A stretch of 64,000 nt of DNA, taken from NCBI GenBank assembly GCA_963796275.1, contig CAWCKY010000004.1:576001-640000 (forward strand). The letters are read 5' to 3'. This document shows positions 11,472 to 21,566 of this stretch, piece by piece. Within the stretch, counting starts at the first letter, position 1, and every line of letters starts with the position of its first letter. The position numbers and the translations under genes were made by a program. A model generated the notes under the pieces. It had not been told where the DNA came from and made no database searches. It saw only the letters and a list, made by a program, of their open reading frames with translations. The DNA is from an uncultured Acidobacteriota bacterium. GTDB taxonomy: Bacteria; Acidobacteriota; Blastocatellia; RBC074.

Positions 11472-12122
11472 TCAATCACGCCGGCCCAGGCGCGCCTGGG
11501 GCCGGAGTAGTCCTCCGATCGCGATCTTGCTGATCTCTTCGGCCGCCTGCTCACTCGTCAACCGGCCATCGGGTCGGAACCAGCGCGAGAGCCAGAGCAA
11601 CATTCCGAAGATACTGAAAGCTGCAACCGTCACATCGACATCCTTCAGCTTCCCCTCATCCTTGAGTTGCTGCAGGGTGCTCCGTAGTAGATCGAGATAG
11701 GCCCGCTTGCGCTGGTTGATCTTCCGCAGTTGGGCGGGAGCCAGCCCCGCGACCTCGTCGACTACGATCGTCACCGGACTGTGTCCATCCGGCCCGCTGT
11801 TGCCGGCGATCAGCTGCGCGTGATTGATGATTATCGAACGCAGACGTTTTTCGGCCTCGGCGATGGCGCGAGCCGGCGACATGACATTTTCTTCCAGCAG
11901 GTCCATGCCGTAATTCATTACAGCAAAGAGGAGGTCTTTCTTCCCGCCCGGGATAAAATGATAGATACCCGCTTTCGTGATCCCGACCGCATCAGCGATG
12001 TCACTCATCGAGGTGGCGTCGAATCCTTTGTCGCAAAAAAGCCGCGCCGCAACTACATAGATCTGGCTCAGCCTTTTCTTGCTCGCTTCTGTCTGTTTGC
12101 TTACCTTTTTTTGCGCTTTCAT
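11472..12122 (-). CDS. TetR/AcrR-family regulator (KstR2-like C-terminus)
   Basis: AARLFCDKGFDATSMSDIADAVGITKAGIYHF; WFRPDGRLT. Confidence 0.92.
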   Translation of the reverse strand: MKAQKKVSKQTEASKKRLSQIYVVAARLFCDKGFDATSMSDIADAVGITKAGIYHFIPGGKKDLLFAVMNYGMDLLEENVMSPARAIAEAEKRLRSIIINHAQLIAGNSGPDGHSPVTIVVDEVAGLAPAQLRKINQRKRAYLDLLRSTLQQLKDEGKLKDVDVTVAAFSIFGMLLWLSRWFRPDGRLTSEQAAEEISKIAIGGLLRPQARLGRRD

Positions 12123-12289
12123 GATCGTCGGTATTCTACATAACCTACCGACTGGTCAGCAAGGATTTGGAGGCGGTCCTTATTACCGTAGCCGCGCGCA
12201 TGGACGGCGAATCAGTACTGCCAGACACCCCGCTTCAATTGGTCCGCCATCCCCATCCCTGCAGTGTGGCATAGACGATCTTCAGGCCA

Positions 12290-13687
12290 TCAAGCGAAGA
12301 GTTCCGGTACCGGCTTGAAGCCGACGTACTTCGTCCCCGATGCGGGTTCGACGTAATGGAATGACCTTCCCGAAGGCGTGTTGTCGATCGTCTTGGTCCA
12401 GTCGATGCCGAGCGCCGAGTAGATCGTGCAGGCCACATCTTCCATATAAATCGAGCGATTGCCCGACCAGCCGGGATCTACGATCTTTCCTCCGGCATCG
12501 TCGGTTTTGCCGATGACGGCGCCTCGTCTGATACCGCCGCCAGCCAGCATCCCCGAATGGACTTGCATGTAATGCTCGCGCCCCTTGCGCGTCTCGCTGA
12601 TCGGCCCGATCGTGCGGCCGAACTCGCTCATGGCAACGACCAGCGTCTCATCGAGCAGCGTCTTGCCCGGGCTGTGTCTGGATGGGGTGGCGTCGAGGTC
12701 TTTGATCAGGTTCGTGAAAGCGGCGTCGAGCTCCTTGATCAATACCGGATGATTGCGAGTGTTCTCCTTGTAGATGCTGCCGTGATGATCCCAACCTCCG
12801 TGACTGGCCATGATAAATCGCGTCCCGGCGTCAGCGCGGAACAGGTTGCGCGCCAGTATCAAAGAGTTGCCGATCGAGCTATTACCGTATCGCTTCTTGT
12901 CGTCATCCGTGATCGTCATCACCTCGGGCACGCGCGGATCGTTCATGATCGCCCACGCCCCGCGGTAGTATTCGTGGTAATCGGCGAAGCTGCGGTCGGG
13001 GTGTGACTTGCCCCCGCGCAACGTGCTATCGAGTTGTTGCAGCCGTTCCCAACGTCGCTTGAAGGTCTCTTCCATTCCTTTCTGCGGCGCCAGGTTGGGA
13101 GGGCCATTGCTGATCGCCAGACTCAACGGCCCGAACTCGGCCGAGAAAAATCCCTGATTGATCAACCCCGCCTGATTTCCCGCCATATTCATCGAGATGA
13201 AGGCCGGCAGTGAATCACTGGGCTTGCGCTCCTTCGCCAACTCGTGACATGCGACCGCACCGATGGCTGGAACTTCCTTGGCGAGCGCCAGGTTGAGCGG
13301 ATGGCCGGTCTGGATGTAATACTGTGCGCGGCCATGCACTGCATCCCAGGCCGTGAAGCTCCGCACGATGGTGATGCGGTCGAGCACGCTCGGCAGATTC
13401 TGAAACAGCCCGGCGGGAAGCTTCAGGTCGTTGGGGAAGCTGCGAATATCGAAATAGCTCGGCGTCCAGGCGCCTTCTTTGGCGTCGAGCGAGTCGATCT
13501 GGCTCATGCCGCCGTCGATATTAATGAACAATACCTGGCGGGCCGTCCCCATCGGTCTGACCTTCTCCTGTGCTCGGACGTTGAACGGGCGAAAGGCATT
13601 GAGATAACCGCCTACAAGTGTGATGCCTCCGACGCGCAGCAATTCGCGCCGGGTCAGAAATGGGATGTTTCGTTCGCTACGGTTCAT
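12290..13687 (-). CDS. DUF1501 family protein (Tat signal)
   Basis: TRRELLR, GGMSQIDSLD, GGWDHH, SEFGRT, AGGGIRRG. Confidence 0.88.
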   Translation of the reverse strand: MNRSERNIPFLTRRELLRVGGITLVGGYLNAFRPFNVRAQEKVRPMGTARQVLFINIDGGMSQIDSLDAKEGAWTPSYFDIRSFPNDLKLPAGLFQNLPSVLDRITIVRSFTAWDAVHGRAQYYIQTGHPLNLALAKEVPAIGAVACHELAKERKPSDSLPAFISMNMAGNQAGLINQGFFSAEFGPLSLAISNGPPNLAPQKGMEETFKRRWERLQQLDSTLRGGKSHPDRSFADYHEYYRGAWAIMNDPRVPEVMTITDDDKKRYGNSSIGNSLILARNLFRADAGTRFIMASHGGWDHHGSIYKENTRNHPVLIKELDAAFTNLIKDLDATPSRHSPGKTLLDETLVVAMSEFGRTIGPISETRKGREHYMQVHSGMLAGGGIRRGAVIGKTDDAGGKIVDPGWSGNRSIYMEDVACTIYSALGIDWTKTIDNTPSGRSFHYVEPASGTKYVGFKPVPELFA

Positions 13688-13705
13688 GGTCTCTCCCCCA
13701 GAAAA

Positions 13706-14045
13706 CAGTTTCAGTTTTTAGTTGCATCGAGACCGCCCAACTACAAACTAAAAACTGAAAACTGAAAACTGAAAACTAAAGTGACTGCTTAGCCTCTTCG
13801 CCGCGTTAGCGGCGGTTGATTGTAGCCGTGGGTTTTAACCCACGGTGGCGGTAGATTTTTTCGCGTCGCGTCAGCGACGGTTGAATTCAGGCGTCGCTAA
13901 CGCGACGCGGGAATATCCTTCAAGCCCTCCGTGGGTTAAAACCCACGGCTACAATCAACCGCCGCTAACGCGGCGAAGAGTCTAAGCAGTTAATTTTAGC
14001 TGAGCTGTCTCGATCAGCAACTGAAAACTAAAAACTGAAAACTGT
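13706..14045. repeat. Heptamer-repeat hairpin element copy 2, interrupted by the REP doublet at 13784-13990
   Basis: CAGTTTCAGTTTTTAG at about 13706, (AAAACTG)n at 13745-13780, resuming at 14018-14045. Confidence 0.75.
13784..13990. mobile_element. Non-autonomous REPIN-like element: inverted GTAG-REP doublet matching the ends of the RAYT locus at 35.5-36.1 kb
   Basis: Long inverted repeat CTCTTCGCCGCGTTAGCGGCGGTTGATTGTAGCCGTGGGTTTTAACCCACGG plus inner IR CGCGTCGCGTCAGCGACG / CGTCGCTAACGCGACGCG around TTGAATTCAG. Confidence 0.88.
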
Positions 14046-14047
14046 TT

Positions 14048-15946
14048 TTAGTAGTTAAACACGAAATCGAGCTTATTCAGCAGACTCCAATGCAGGTCTT
14101 CCGCGCCCTGCTTGCGGTCCTTCTGGAGCCATTCGACGGCAATCGTTTTCTCCTGCGGCATCGGATAACGCGACAGCGTGGCCAGATACATCTGTTCGAC
14201 TATCTGTTCGTTCGTCTTGGCCGATTTGACAAGTTGATCGACCAGGCTGCCATTCGATGCAGTCACTCGTTTTGTCACAAACGGGCTGTTCATCAACACC
14301 ATCGCCTGCAGGATCGATCCGCCCGGCTGGCGGTCGAACTGCTCGCGGTTGGCTTGCCCGAAGGTGCGCAGGAGAGCCTTCGCTTCACCGTTGTTGATGT
14401 CTTCCGGCGAAGCGGCCTCGGTCCAGAAGTGAGCCGGAGGGATCGCCGTGTCGTATAGATAATCCTTGCGATTGTAATCGCCGAAGACCAGTGTAGCCTG
14501 CGTGATCGCGTCGTGAATCTGTTCCGCGGTCAGTTGCCTTACATAGCGACGCGCGAAGTATGGCGTATAACTCTCCTTCCAAGCTCCGTCAAAACGCGAG
14601 GAGAGCTGATATGCGCTCGATCGTACAATGGTCCGCATCAGGTGCTTCAAGCTGAAGCGATTCGTCGCGAAATCGCGCGCCAGCTCATCGAGCAATTCGT
14701 TGTTAGTCGGCTGGCAGGTCCACGGCGCGGGCAGATTGGCCTTCGGGTCCTGCCGAGCCAGATCGAACGACTCAACCGGATCGACAATCCCCAGGCCGAA
14801 GAACTGCTTCCAGAAAAGGTTTACGGTGGCGCGCGCGAACTGCGGGTGTGTCGTCAGCATCCGCGCGAACTGCGGCCGCAGCGGTTTGCTCAGGTCAGCT
14901 TTTTCTCCGGTCAACATGAAGGTCGGGTGAATAGCTCCGCCATCTCGCTGCAAGCGTACCTGACTCCACCCCTTCGTGTCGTAACCGGTCCCGTCTTCCG
15001 TGACCGTGAAGCGATCCTGGTACGTTACCACGCGAATGCGCGTATTTCCGAAGAAAGCCGCCATCGCCCAGAGATCGCTCCTCTTCTTCGAGACCAGGTC
15101 GAGACTTACCTTCTCGAGAAAACCTTTGCCGCCGTGGCAAGAGATGCATTGATAGTTGGTGCCGAGGAAGATGCGCGCCGAATTGACGATGATCTCATCA
15201 GCGGTGTCTTCGTAGTTGTCGTCGTACATCGTGAGGCCGGTGATGTGCCAGCGCGTCAGGAACCCGGAGGCAGCGGCGTCGGGCATCCAGTTGGTGGTCG
15301 GCGCCGAAGCGGTCAACATCTCGGTCACGAACCGGTCGTAGGATTTGTCCTCTTTGAATGACTGCCTGATCCACGCGTCGAAATGCTTGAGCGCCGGATT
15401 GCCGATGCGATTACCGCAATTGCGAACCAGATCGCCGTACCAGTAACTCCAGTGATCGATCCACGCCTGGCTCTCGATCAATTCGTCGATCAGTTTATCG
15501 CGTTTATTCGGATCGGAGCTGTCGACAAAGGTTTTAAGCTGTTCGACGGTCGGGATGCGCCCGGTGAGGTCGAGGTAAACGCGGCGGCAGAATTCGTAAT
15601 CATTCGACATCGGCGCGTGCGGGATGTTATCTCGTTTCATCGCGCCGAACAGTTGTCGGTCAATCAGATTGCGCACCTCGATCTTTTGCCCACCATCACC
15701 GGCGTGCGGCAATTTGGCGGCGACGCTCTTCGTGATTTCGCTCACCTGTTTGTCGGGACGCTGCGGACTGAGCTTCTCGTCCGCGTGCTCGCCGGGAAAT
15801 CTGTCTTTGCCCGTAGTCTTTTTCTGCGCTTTTAGCGAATTGGTCGCGTCCGCTGCGAGGCAGATTATAACTGCGAGCCAGATGAGAAAGAGAGAGGCTT
15901 TGATGGCAACTGTGTTTGACCGCTGCTCTGCCGTGCGACTCTTCAT
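14048..15946 (-). CDS. DUF1549/DUF1553 (PSCyt2/PSD1) protein
   Basis: EFCRRVYLDLTGRIPT, FLGTNYQCISCH, FFGLGIVDPV, LLDELARDF, YLATLSRYP. Confidence 0.88.
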   Translation of the reverse strand: MKSRTAEQRSNTVAIKASLFLIWLAVIICLAADATNSLKAQKKTTGKDRFPGEHADEKLSPQRPDKQVSEITKSVAAKLPHAGDGGQKIEVRNLIDRQLFGAMKRDNIPHAPMSNDYEFCRRVYLDLTGRIPTVEQLKTFVDSSDPNKRDKLIDELIESQAWIDHWSYWYGDLVRNCGNRIGNPALKHFDAWIRQSFKEDKSYDRFVTEMLTASAPTTNWMPDAAASGFLTRWHITGLTMYDDNYEDTADEIIVNSARIFLGTNYQCISCHGGKGFLEKVSLDLVSKKRSDLWAMAAFFGNTRIRVVTYQDRFTVTEDGTGYDTKGWSQVRLQRDGGAIHPTFMLTGEKADLSKPLRPQFARMLTTHPQFARATVNLFWKQFFGLGIVDPVESFDLARQDPKANLPAPWTCQPTNNELLDELARDFATNRFSLKHLMRTIVRSSAYQLSSRFDGAWKESYTPYFARRYVRQLTAEQIHDAITQATLVFGDYNRKDYLYDTAIPPAHFWTEAASPEDINNGEAKALLRTFGQANREQFDRQPGGSILQAMVLMNSPFVTKRVTASNGSLVDQLVKSAKTNEQIVEQMYLATLSRYPMPQEKTIAVEWLQKDRKQGAEDLHWSLLNKLDFVFNY

Positions 15947-15967
15947 GAATAGAACCTCCGCAGAAAT

Positions 15968-16050
15968 AGTTTTCAGTTTTCAGTTTTTAGTTTTCAGCTT
16001 TCAATCCCCAATCAAGACCATCTAACTAAAAACTGAAAACTAAAAACAGA
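15968..16050. repeat. Heptamer-repeat hairpin element copy 3
   Basis: AGTTTTCAGTTTTCAGTTTTTAGTTTTCAG ... CTAAAAACTGAAAACTAAAAAC. Confidence 0.8.
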
Positions 16051-16054
16051 ATTT

Positions 16055-17122
16055 TCACTCGCCCTCACCCGCCACTGTGGTAATTAAACCTTTCGCATCG
16101 ATCTTTCTGATCCGATGATTGGCTCGATCTGCAATAAAGATGTTTCCGTCTTTCGCGATGGCTAACTTTTGCGGCGTGTTTAACGCAGCGGCGGTAGCCG
16201 TTTTGCCGTCTCCACCGAAGCCCGCGCGCCCCGACCCCGCAATGGTTGTGATCACTCCTCCGCGGATTACGCGGATGCGATTGTTCCCGCTGTCTGAAAT
16301 GTAGAGGTTGCCCGCTGCATCCAATTCCATGTCGGCGGGCGTAAAGAGCTTCGCCTTCTCCGCCGGCCCGCCGTCCCCTACAAATCCAGCTCCTCCGATC
16401 CCCTCACCGCCGCCGAACCCGGCCACTGTTTGAATCTTCCCGTCCGCGGCAACGCACCGGATACGGCTGTTTGCCGCATCGGCGACATAGAAGCCGCCGT
16501 CAGGCCCTACAGTCACGGCCATCGGAAGATTCAATTGTGCCTCGATTGCCGATCCGCCATCACCACTAAGTCCGGCAACCGATCCGGCAACTATCGTCAT
16601 CGTACCGTCGCGTTCGAGCCGCCGCACCACGCGGTTGAAGGTGTCGGCAATCAGAATGCTCCCGGTGGTTTCAACCGCGATGCCTTGCGGGTTGTTGAGC
16701 GAATCCTTCGGCGCCGGATTGCTATATCCGGTAGAAGGGGCTTTGCCCGTGCCGGCTATCGTCGTGATCAATCCCTGACGATCGATGCGCCGGATTCGTT
16801 GATTGTATGTGTCGGCGATGAGCAGATTACTTTCCGCATCGAAAGCCAAATCGTGCGGCGCATTAAGCTGAGCCTTGATAGCAGGCCCGCCGTCGCCGCT
16901 GAAGCCCGCTTCGCCTGTCCCTGCAACGACGGTCAGATGACCCTTGCCATCGAGCTTGTAGATCCGGTGCGTTCCGGTGTCAGAAATATATAAATCGCCT
17001 CTGCCATCGAGCGCGAGTCCATTGGGATAGATCAGTCGATGTTGGTTATTCGGAGGAATATAAAGGAAAACAGAAACGGCAAAGAAGGGCACGAGAGACA
17101 TGAGGACAGTCCCCCAATTCAC
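16055..17122 (-). CDS. NHL-repeat beta-propeller protein
   Basis: Repeated AGTG..GFSGDGGPA..A.LN.P...D..GNLYI.D..N.RIR units. Start placed at GTG 17122 after GAGGG because the ORF-track extension runs through an intergenic repeat. Confidence 0.85.
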   Translation of the reverse strand: MNWGTVLMSLVPFFAVSVFLYIPPNNQHRLIYPNGLALDGRGDLYISDTGTHRIYKLDGKGHLTVVAGTGEAGFSGDGGPAIKAQLNAPHDLAFDAESNLLIADTYNQRIRRIDRQGLITTIAGTGKAPSTGYSNPAPKDSLNNPQGIAVETTGSILIADTFNRVVRRLERDGTMTIVAGSVAGLSGDGGSAIEAQLNLPMAVTVGPDGGFYVADAANSRIRCVAADGKIQTVAGFGGGEGIGGAGFVGDGGPAEKAKLFTPADMELDAAGNLYISDSGNNRIRVIRGGVITTIAGSGRAGFGGDGKTATAAALNTPQKLAIAKDGNIFIADRANHRIRKIDAKGLITTVAGEGE

Positions 17123-17272
17123 CGATGAATGCCCTCTGCCGATCGAGAAAATGGAATACGCAACGATCGAAACGGAATGAAACAAACGATAAATACCCTT
17201 TTTTTTCGTTTCGTTCATTTTCGTTCTGTTCGTATTCGCTCCTCTACCTCCGACGGACATCAGGTTCACCTC

Positions 17273-20200
17273 CTAAAAGATCAGCTTCAGACCAAATTGA
17301 ATTATTCGTGGGTCCCGGGCCGAGGTAACGATACCGAAGTTACTGCTGCCAACATCGCGCCCCGGCTGGCCCCAGTTCGGGTGATTGAAAGCGTTGAAGA
17401 ATTCGCTGCGGAACTGCAGCTGCATCTTCTCCCGGATCCTTATGTTCTTAAAGATGGCCAAGTCTATCACATTGGTCCCGGGGCTTGTCACGGTTGAACG
17501 CCCCGCCGTGCCGAAACGGTCCGCCGGAGCGGAGAAGCAACTGCCATCGAAGAAGGTGACACCTCCGCTCGCCGGATTGCGCGTTCGTGCGCTCTCGGAG
17601 AGCTTCGGATTGCAGATCTGATCGGGCCGCACCGCGCCGTCGGTTCCGATGCCGAGCGGGTCGCCGCTGCTCCTGATGGTGAGCGGATATCCCGACTGCA
17701 GCGAGACGATGCCGTTGAGCTGCCAGCCGCCGATCAGATGTTCGACGATGCCACTGGCATTCGCGCCGAGGCGTTTGCCCAGTATGCCACGTGTGCCCTG
17801 CCCGAAGGGAAGCTCATAAATGAATGAAGTCACGAAGCGAAACCTGTAGTCAAAGGACGCCAGCCCTTTGTCCGCATATCTGTTGAAGATGTCCTGGATG
17901 CGGTTGCCGGTGTCGTTGTCGCCGCCTCCGAACGGCTGCGCGTCGCTGATCGCTTTCGACCAGGTGAATGCGCTGATGAACGTCAGCCCGCCTGAGAATC
18001 GTTTCTCGAGCCGCGAGAGCAGAGAATGATAGGTGGAGAAAGCGGTGCTCGTGGTCTCGAACCAGTTGTCGAGCGTGATCAATTGACCATCAAAAACGGC
18101 GAATGGTAACAACCGTCGCAGGTGCGGATTGACCGAGGTCGGAATGACCGCATTCGGAGAACGGGGTTCGCGGGTATTGAAATTCTCGCGGCGGTTGAGC
18201 CTCGTTCCCTTGTTGCCCGCGTAAGCGATCTCGGCGACCAAATTATTTCCCAACTGCTGCTGGACGCCGAAATTCCAGTGCTGGACGTATGCATTCCGGA
18301 AATTTATTCCGTAAGTGTTCGGTCCCGGAGTGAACGAACCGATTGGGGGATCGTCGAGCAAGTAACCGATGAAGGTTTCCGGCGTCGCCTGCCCGAATTG
18401 AAAGGACGAGAGCGACTGCTGGTCTTCGCGCACGAAAGGCAGATTCTCGACCGCATCCTGGAAGTAGCTGACCGGCACGGTATCATAGAAAAGCCCGTAG
18501 CCGGTCCGAATTACAGTCTTCTGCGTTAATCGAAAGGCGATTCCGAGGCGAGGACCGAAATTGAATTTTTCTGTATCGACGAGCGACCGCGGTACTTCGC
18601 GCCCCGCAACGACGATCTGCGGCAACATATCTACGCGCAAATCATCGAGCGTCAATCCCAAGTTCAGCGGATCGAGAGTTGCCGGCAGGCTCGCGCATTT
18701 CTGCCTGTCTTTACAGAAAGCGATCCCGCCTTCGGCGAAGCTCCCCGGGAAGCGCGGGATGCGGATGGCCGAAATATTGTTGCGCGTCTCTTTGGGAGGA
18801 ACATAAAGCTGATAGCGAACTCCGTAGTTGACCGTCAACCTGCTGCTGAATTTGAAGTCATCCTGGAAAAAGCCGGCATACTCGGTGGCGCGCAAAAAAC
18901 TCGTATGGTCTCCCGGCCTGCGCGCCTTTTGCCTCGGCAGCCCCAGCAGAAAATTGGCGAAGGTGTTGCCCGTGCCGGGGAAGCCTTCCAGCCCGGTCCA
19001 TTCCTGATTACCGAAATTGAAATCGCCGCGCGTGTTGGCCGGTATATTGAATACGTCGAGCTTGATCCGGCGAACTTCGGCTCCCACCTTGAAGAAATGC
19101 CGCCCTTTGTTGAATGATATCTGGTCGATGAATTGGAATGTATGGTCGCCGCGCCGGCTCTCCCCGCCATCATCTATGCTGGTGAACCCCGTGATCGAGA
19201 TGACAGGGGCGCCGGAACCTGCAAGCGGCAGACCGCGAATGCCGAGTTCCTGAACCAGATTTATGCCATCGAATATCCGCTGAGCGCCCGATTCGGGACG
19301 CGCACGCTGATAGCCGAATCTAAATTCATTAACAGTACTCGCGCTGATTGCCTTCGTATAACTGGCGCCGATGACCTGTTGCCGGTTGAGGTTCAGGCGC
19401 TCATTACCCGGGAAGCTGCCCGGAGCCAACCCGTCCGAGTCATTGAAACCGTAACGGGCATAGAAGGAGTCGTTCTCGGTGAAGCGGTGATCGATGCGGA
19501 TCATAAACTGATCGGCGAAGTCTCGGGTGCTGCGCGTGTCGAAAAAGTTGTTGACCGGATTACCGGTTCTGTCGTCGCGCGTGCCAGCCGTATTAGAATC
19601 GGGCCACAACCCCTTCTCCATAATCGCTCGCGCAACCGGATCGAACCGGTCGAGCGGAATCTTGTTTTCGGGAAATGGATCGCGGAGAAAACGGTTAGTC
19701 TGGTTCGGAACGGGCCTGGAACTACGCGGATCATAAAGCTGGTTGGCGCGAACCTGCCGGCCGAGCGAATCGGTGCCGATGACGTCCCCCAGGATGGATG
19801 AGAAATCCCCCGTCTTGAAGGCATCGCTGGGCACAGCGCGGAGGCCGACATTACCCCTGATTTGCCGAAACCCCTGATAATCGCCAAAGAAAAAGGTTTT
19901 GTTCTTGACGATCGGCCCGCCCACGGCCGTACCGAATTCGTTGCGGATCAAGGGCGGTGCGATGAAATCGCCTTTTTCATTGACGAAGTTGGGATTTCGA
20001 TCGAAGTAGTTGCGCGCCTGAAAGGCGTCATTGCGATGGAATTCATAGATCGTGCCGTGCAGTTCGTTTGTGCCTGATTTAGTGACCACGCTGATCTGCC
20101 CGCCCGCGCTGCGCCCGTATTCGGCCGCGTAGTTGTTGACCTCGATCTTGAACTCCTGGATCGCGTCGATAGATGGGCGGAAAGATATGCCGGAATCCCA

Positions 20201-20797
20201 CTGGGTCGTGTTGGATACGCCATCGAGTTGGAAAGAGTTCTGCTCCGAGCGTGTTCCGCCGATGCTGATCCCGCCGCCGGCCTCCACTCCGGGCTGCCCC
20301 GAGGTGACGCCCGGCACCAGCGTAGCAAGCGTGACGAAGTTGCGGCCGTTTATCGGCAAATCGACTATCTTCTTTTGATTGATCGCGCCGCCGACCGAGG
20401 AGTTCTCCGATTGAAGCAATTGCGCCGTACCCTGTATCTCGACCACGGAGGTCAATTCGCCGACCTCTAGTTCTACGTCCAGTCGCGCGGTCTGATTGAT
20501 CTCCACCAGAAATCTCCGGTAACTGCGCCGGCGGAACCCCGGCAGTTCGGCCGAGATATCGTAGCTCCCGGGCTTGAGGCCCGGCAGGTTAAAGTTACCG
20601 GTCTCATTCGTGTTCGTCTCCCGCTCGAACCCTGTTCCGGGATCGCGAACGATAACCCTGACACCGGCCAGCGCGGCCCCCGCAGGATCGGTAATTTTTC
20701 CGGTAACGGTTGCCGTGCCCGACTGTGCAAAAAGCGAACCTGTGCCGAGCAGGACCAATAGGGGGAGAATTAGAAGACTCCTGGTGCGGTAATGCAT
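17273..20797 (-). CDS. TonB-dependent receptor, Oar type (carboxypeptidase-regulatory-like N-domain)
   Basis: Signal peptide, GKITDPAGA, LPINGRNF, AAEYGRSAGG..TKSGTN, FFQDDFK, C-terminal RIIQFGLKLIF. Confidence 0.92.
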   Translation of the reverse strand: MHYRTRSLLILPLLVLLGTGSLFAQSGTATVTGKITDPAGAALAGVRVIVRDPGTGFERETNTNETGNFNLPGLKPGSYDISAELPGFRRRSYRRFLVEINQTARLDVELEVGELTSVVEIQGTAQLLQSENSSVGGAINQKKIVDLPINGRNFVTLATLVPGVTSGQPGVEAGGGISIGGTRSEQNSFQLDGVSNTTQWDSGISFRPSIDAIQEFKIEVNNYAAEYGRSAGGQISVVTKSGTNELHGTIYEFHRNDAFQARNYFDRNPNFVNEKGDFIAPPLIRNEFGTAVGGPIVKNKTFFFGDYQGFRQIRGNVGLRAVPSDAFKTGDFSSILGDVIGTDSLGRQVRANQLYDPRSSRPVPNQTNRFLRDPFPENKIPLDRFDPVARAIMEKGLWPDSNTAGTRDDRTGNPVNNFFDTRSTRDFADQFMIRIDHRFTENDSFYARYGFNDSDGLAPGSFPGNERLNLNRQQVIGASYTKAISASTVNEFRFGYQRARPESGAQRIFDGINLVQELGIRGLPLAGSGAPVISITGFTSIDDGGESRRGDHTFQFIDQISFNKGRHFFKVGAEVRRIKLDVFNIPANTRGDFNFGNQEWTGLEGFPGTGNTFANFLLGLPRQKARRPGDHTSFLRATEYAGFFQDDFKFSSRLTVNYGVRYQLYVPPKETRNNISAIRIPRFPGSFAEGGIAFCKDRQKCASLPATLDPLNLGLTLDDLRVDMLPQIVVAGREVPRSLVDTEKFNFGPRLGIAFRLTQKTVIRTGYGLFYDTVPVSYFQDAVENLPFVREDQQSLSSFQFGQATPETFIGYLLDDPPIGSFTPGPNTYGINFRNAYVQHWNFGVQQQLGNNLVAEIAYAGNKGTRLNRRENFNTREPRSPNAVIPTSVNPHLRRLLPFAVFDGQLITLDNWFETTSTAFSTYHSLLSRLEKRFSGGLTFISAFTWSKAISDAQPFGGGDNDTGNRIQDIFNRYADKGLASFDYRFRFVTSFIYELPFGQGTRGILGKRLGANASGIVEHLIGGWQLNGIVSLQSGYPLTIRSSGDPLGIGTDGAVRPDQICNPKLSESARTRNPASGGVTFFDGSCFSAPADRFGTAGRSTVTSPGTNVIDLAIFKNIRIREKMQLQFRSEFFNAFNHPNWGQPGRDVGSSNFGIVTSARDPRIIQFGLKLIF

Positions 20798-21566
20798 GCT
20801 GACCTCCTGTATTGTGGGCCAGACTGTCGATTCACCACGGATTTGCGCGGATGCGACGGATGCTACTCACCGATTTGATTCGTGAAAATCCGCCGCGTCC
20901 ATATTCAATCCATGGAAAGTTGACACCATAAACTGAGGCGTTACTAACAATGACCTCGTTAAAAAAGTCGCTCAAGTTATGAGCAAGCTATAATTAGTAT
21001 ATTTGGATAGTAAGATGATGGGATTATAGTATCGCTCAGGCAACCCGGGGAGTGACATAGAGTAAATCGAGGTAAACAGAGGCGCAAACGGCAATTCTGT
21101 AACATAAAGTAAACACGCTTCTTGACCGATTATAGCTGATTCGGAGAGGAGAAAAGGTTATGTTACGGTAAACCGGTGAGTTGTGCTCTTGCAGCCACAG
21201 AGCAGTTACGATTTTATACTCGTTCCATACGAGAAGAAAAGAAGCCAGGTTAATGGAATTATATTTGCCCAAGAACGGGTTGGTGTGTATGATATCAGCG
21301 CCGTAAAGCCATAGCTGTTACAGGTAGTGCCCATTATGCGCTATGGCAGCACCTTGCCAGACGAAAATCAAAAGAGAGCAATCATCGTAAAGAGGTCGGC
21401 GATTAAACATTGATTACTAGCAGATCGCCTTATCCACCAGAAACCCAAAGTGACGGCCGGAACGGTGACTGCGGCTAGTCCTAAGGTCAGGTATAAAATT
21501 TTCATCCCCACAGGCGTGATATTCAGGCAAACGAATAATCCCGAGTGATAAAGGAGTGTTCCCCTT

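Noticed and set aside
17150-17240. AACGAA/TTCGTT-rich imperfect inverted repeats (similar decayed tracts at about 20830-20915 and 53165-53275)
   Set aside because: Too degenerate to define a family or boundaries from this window alone.
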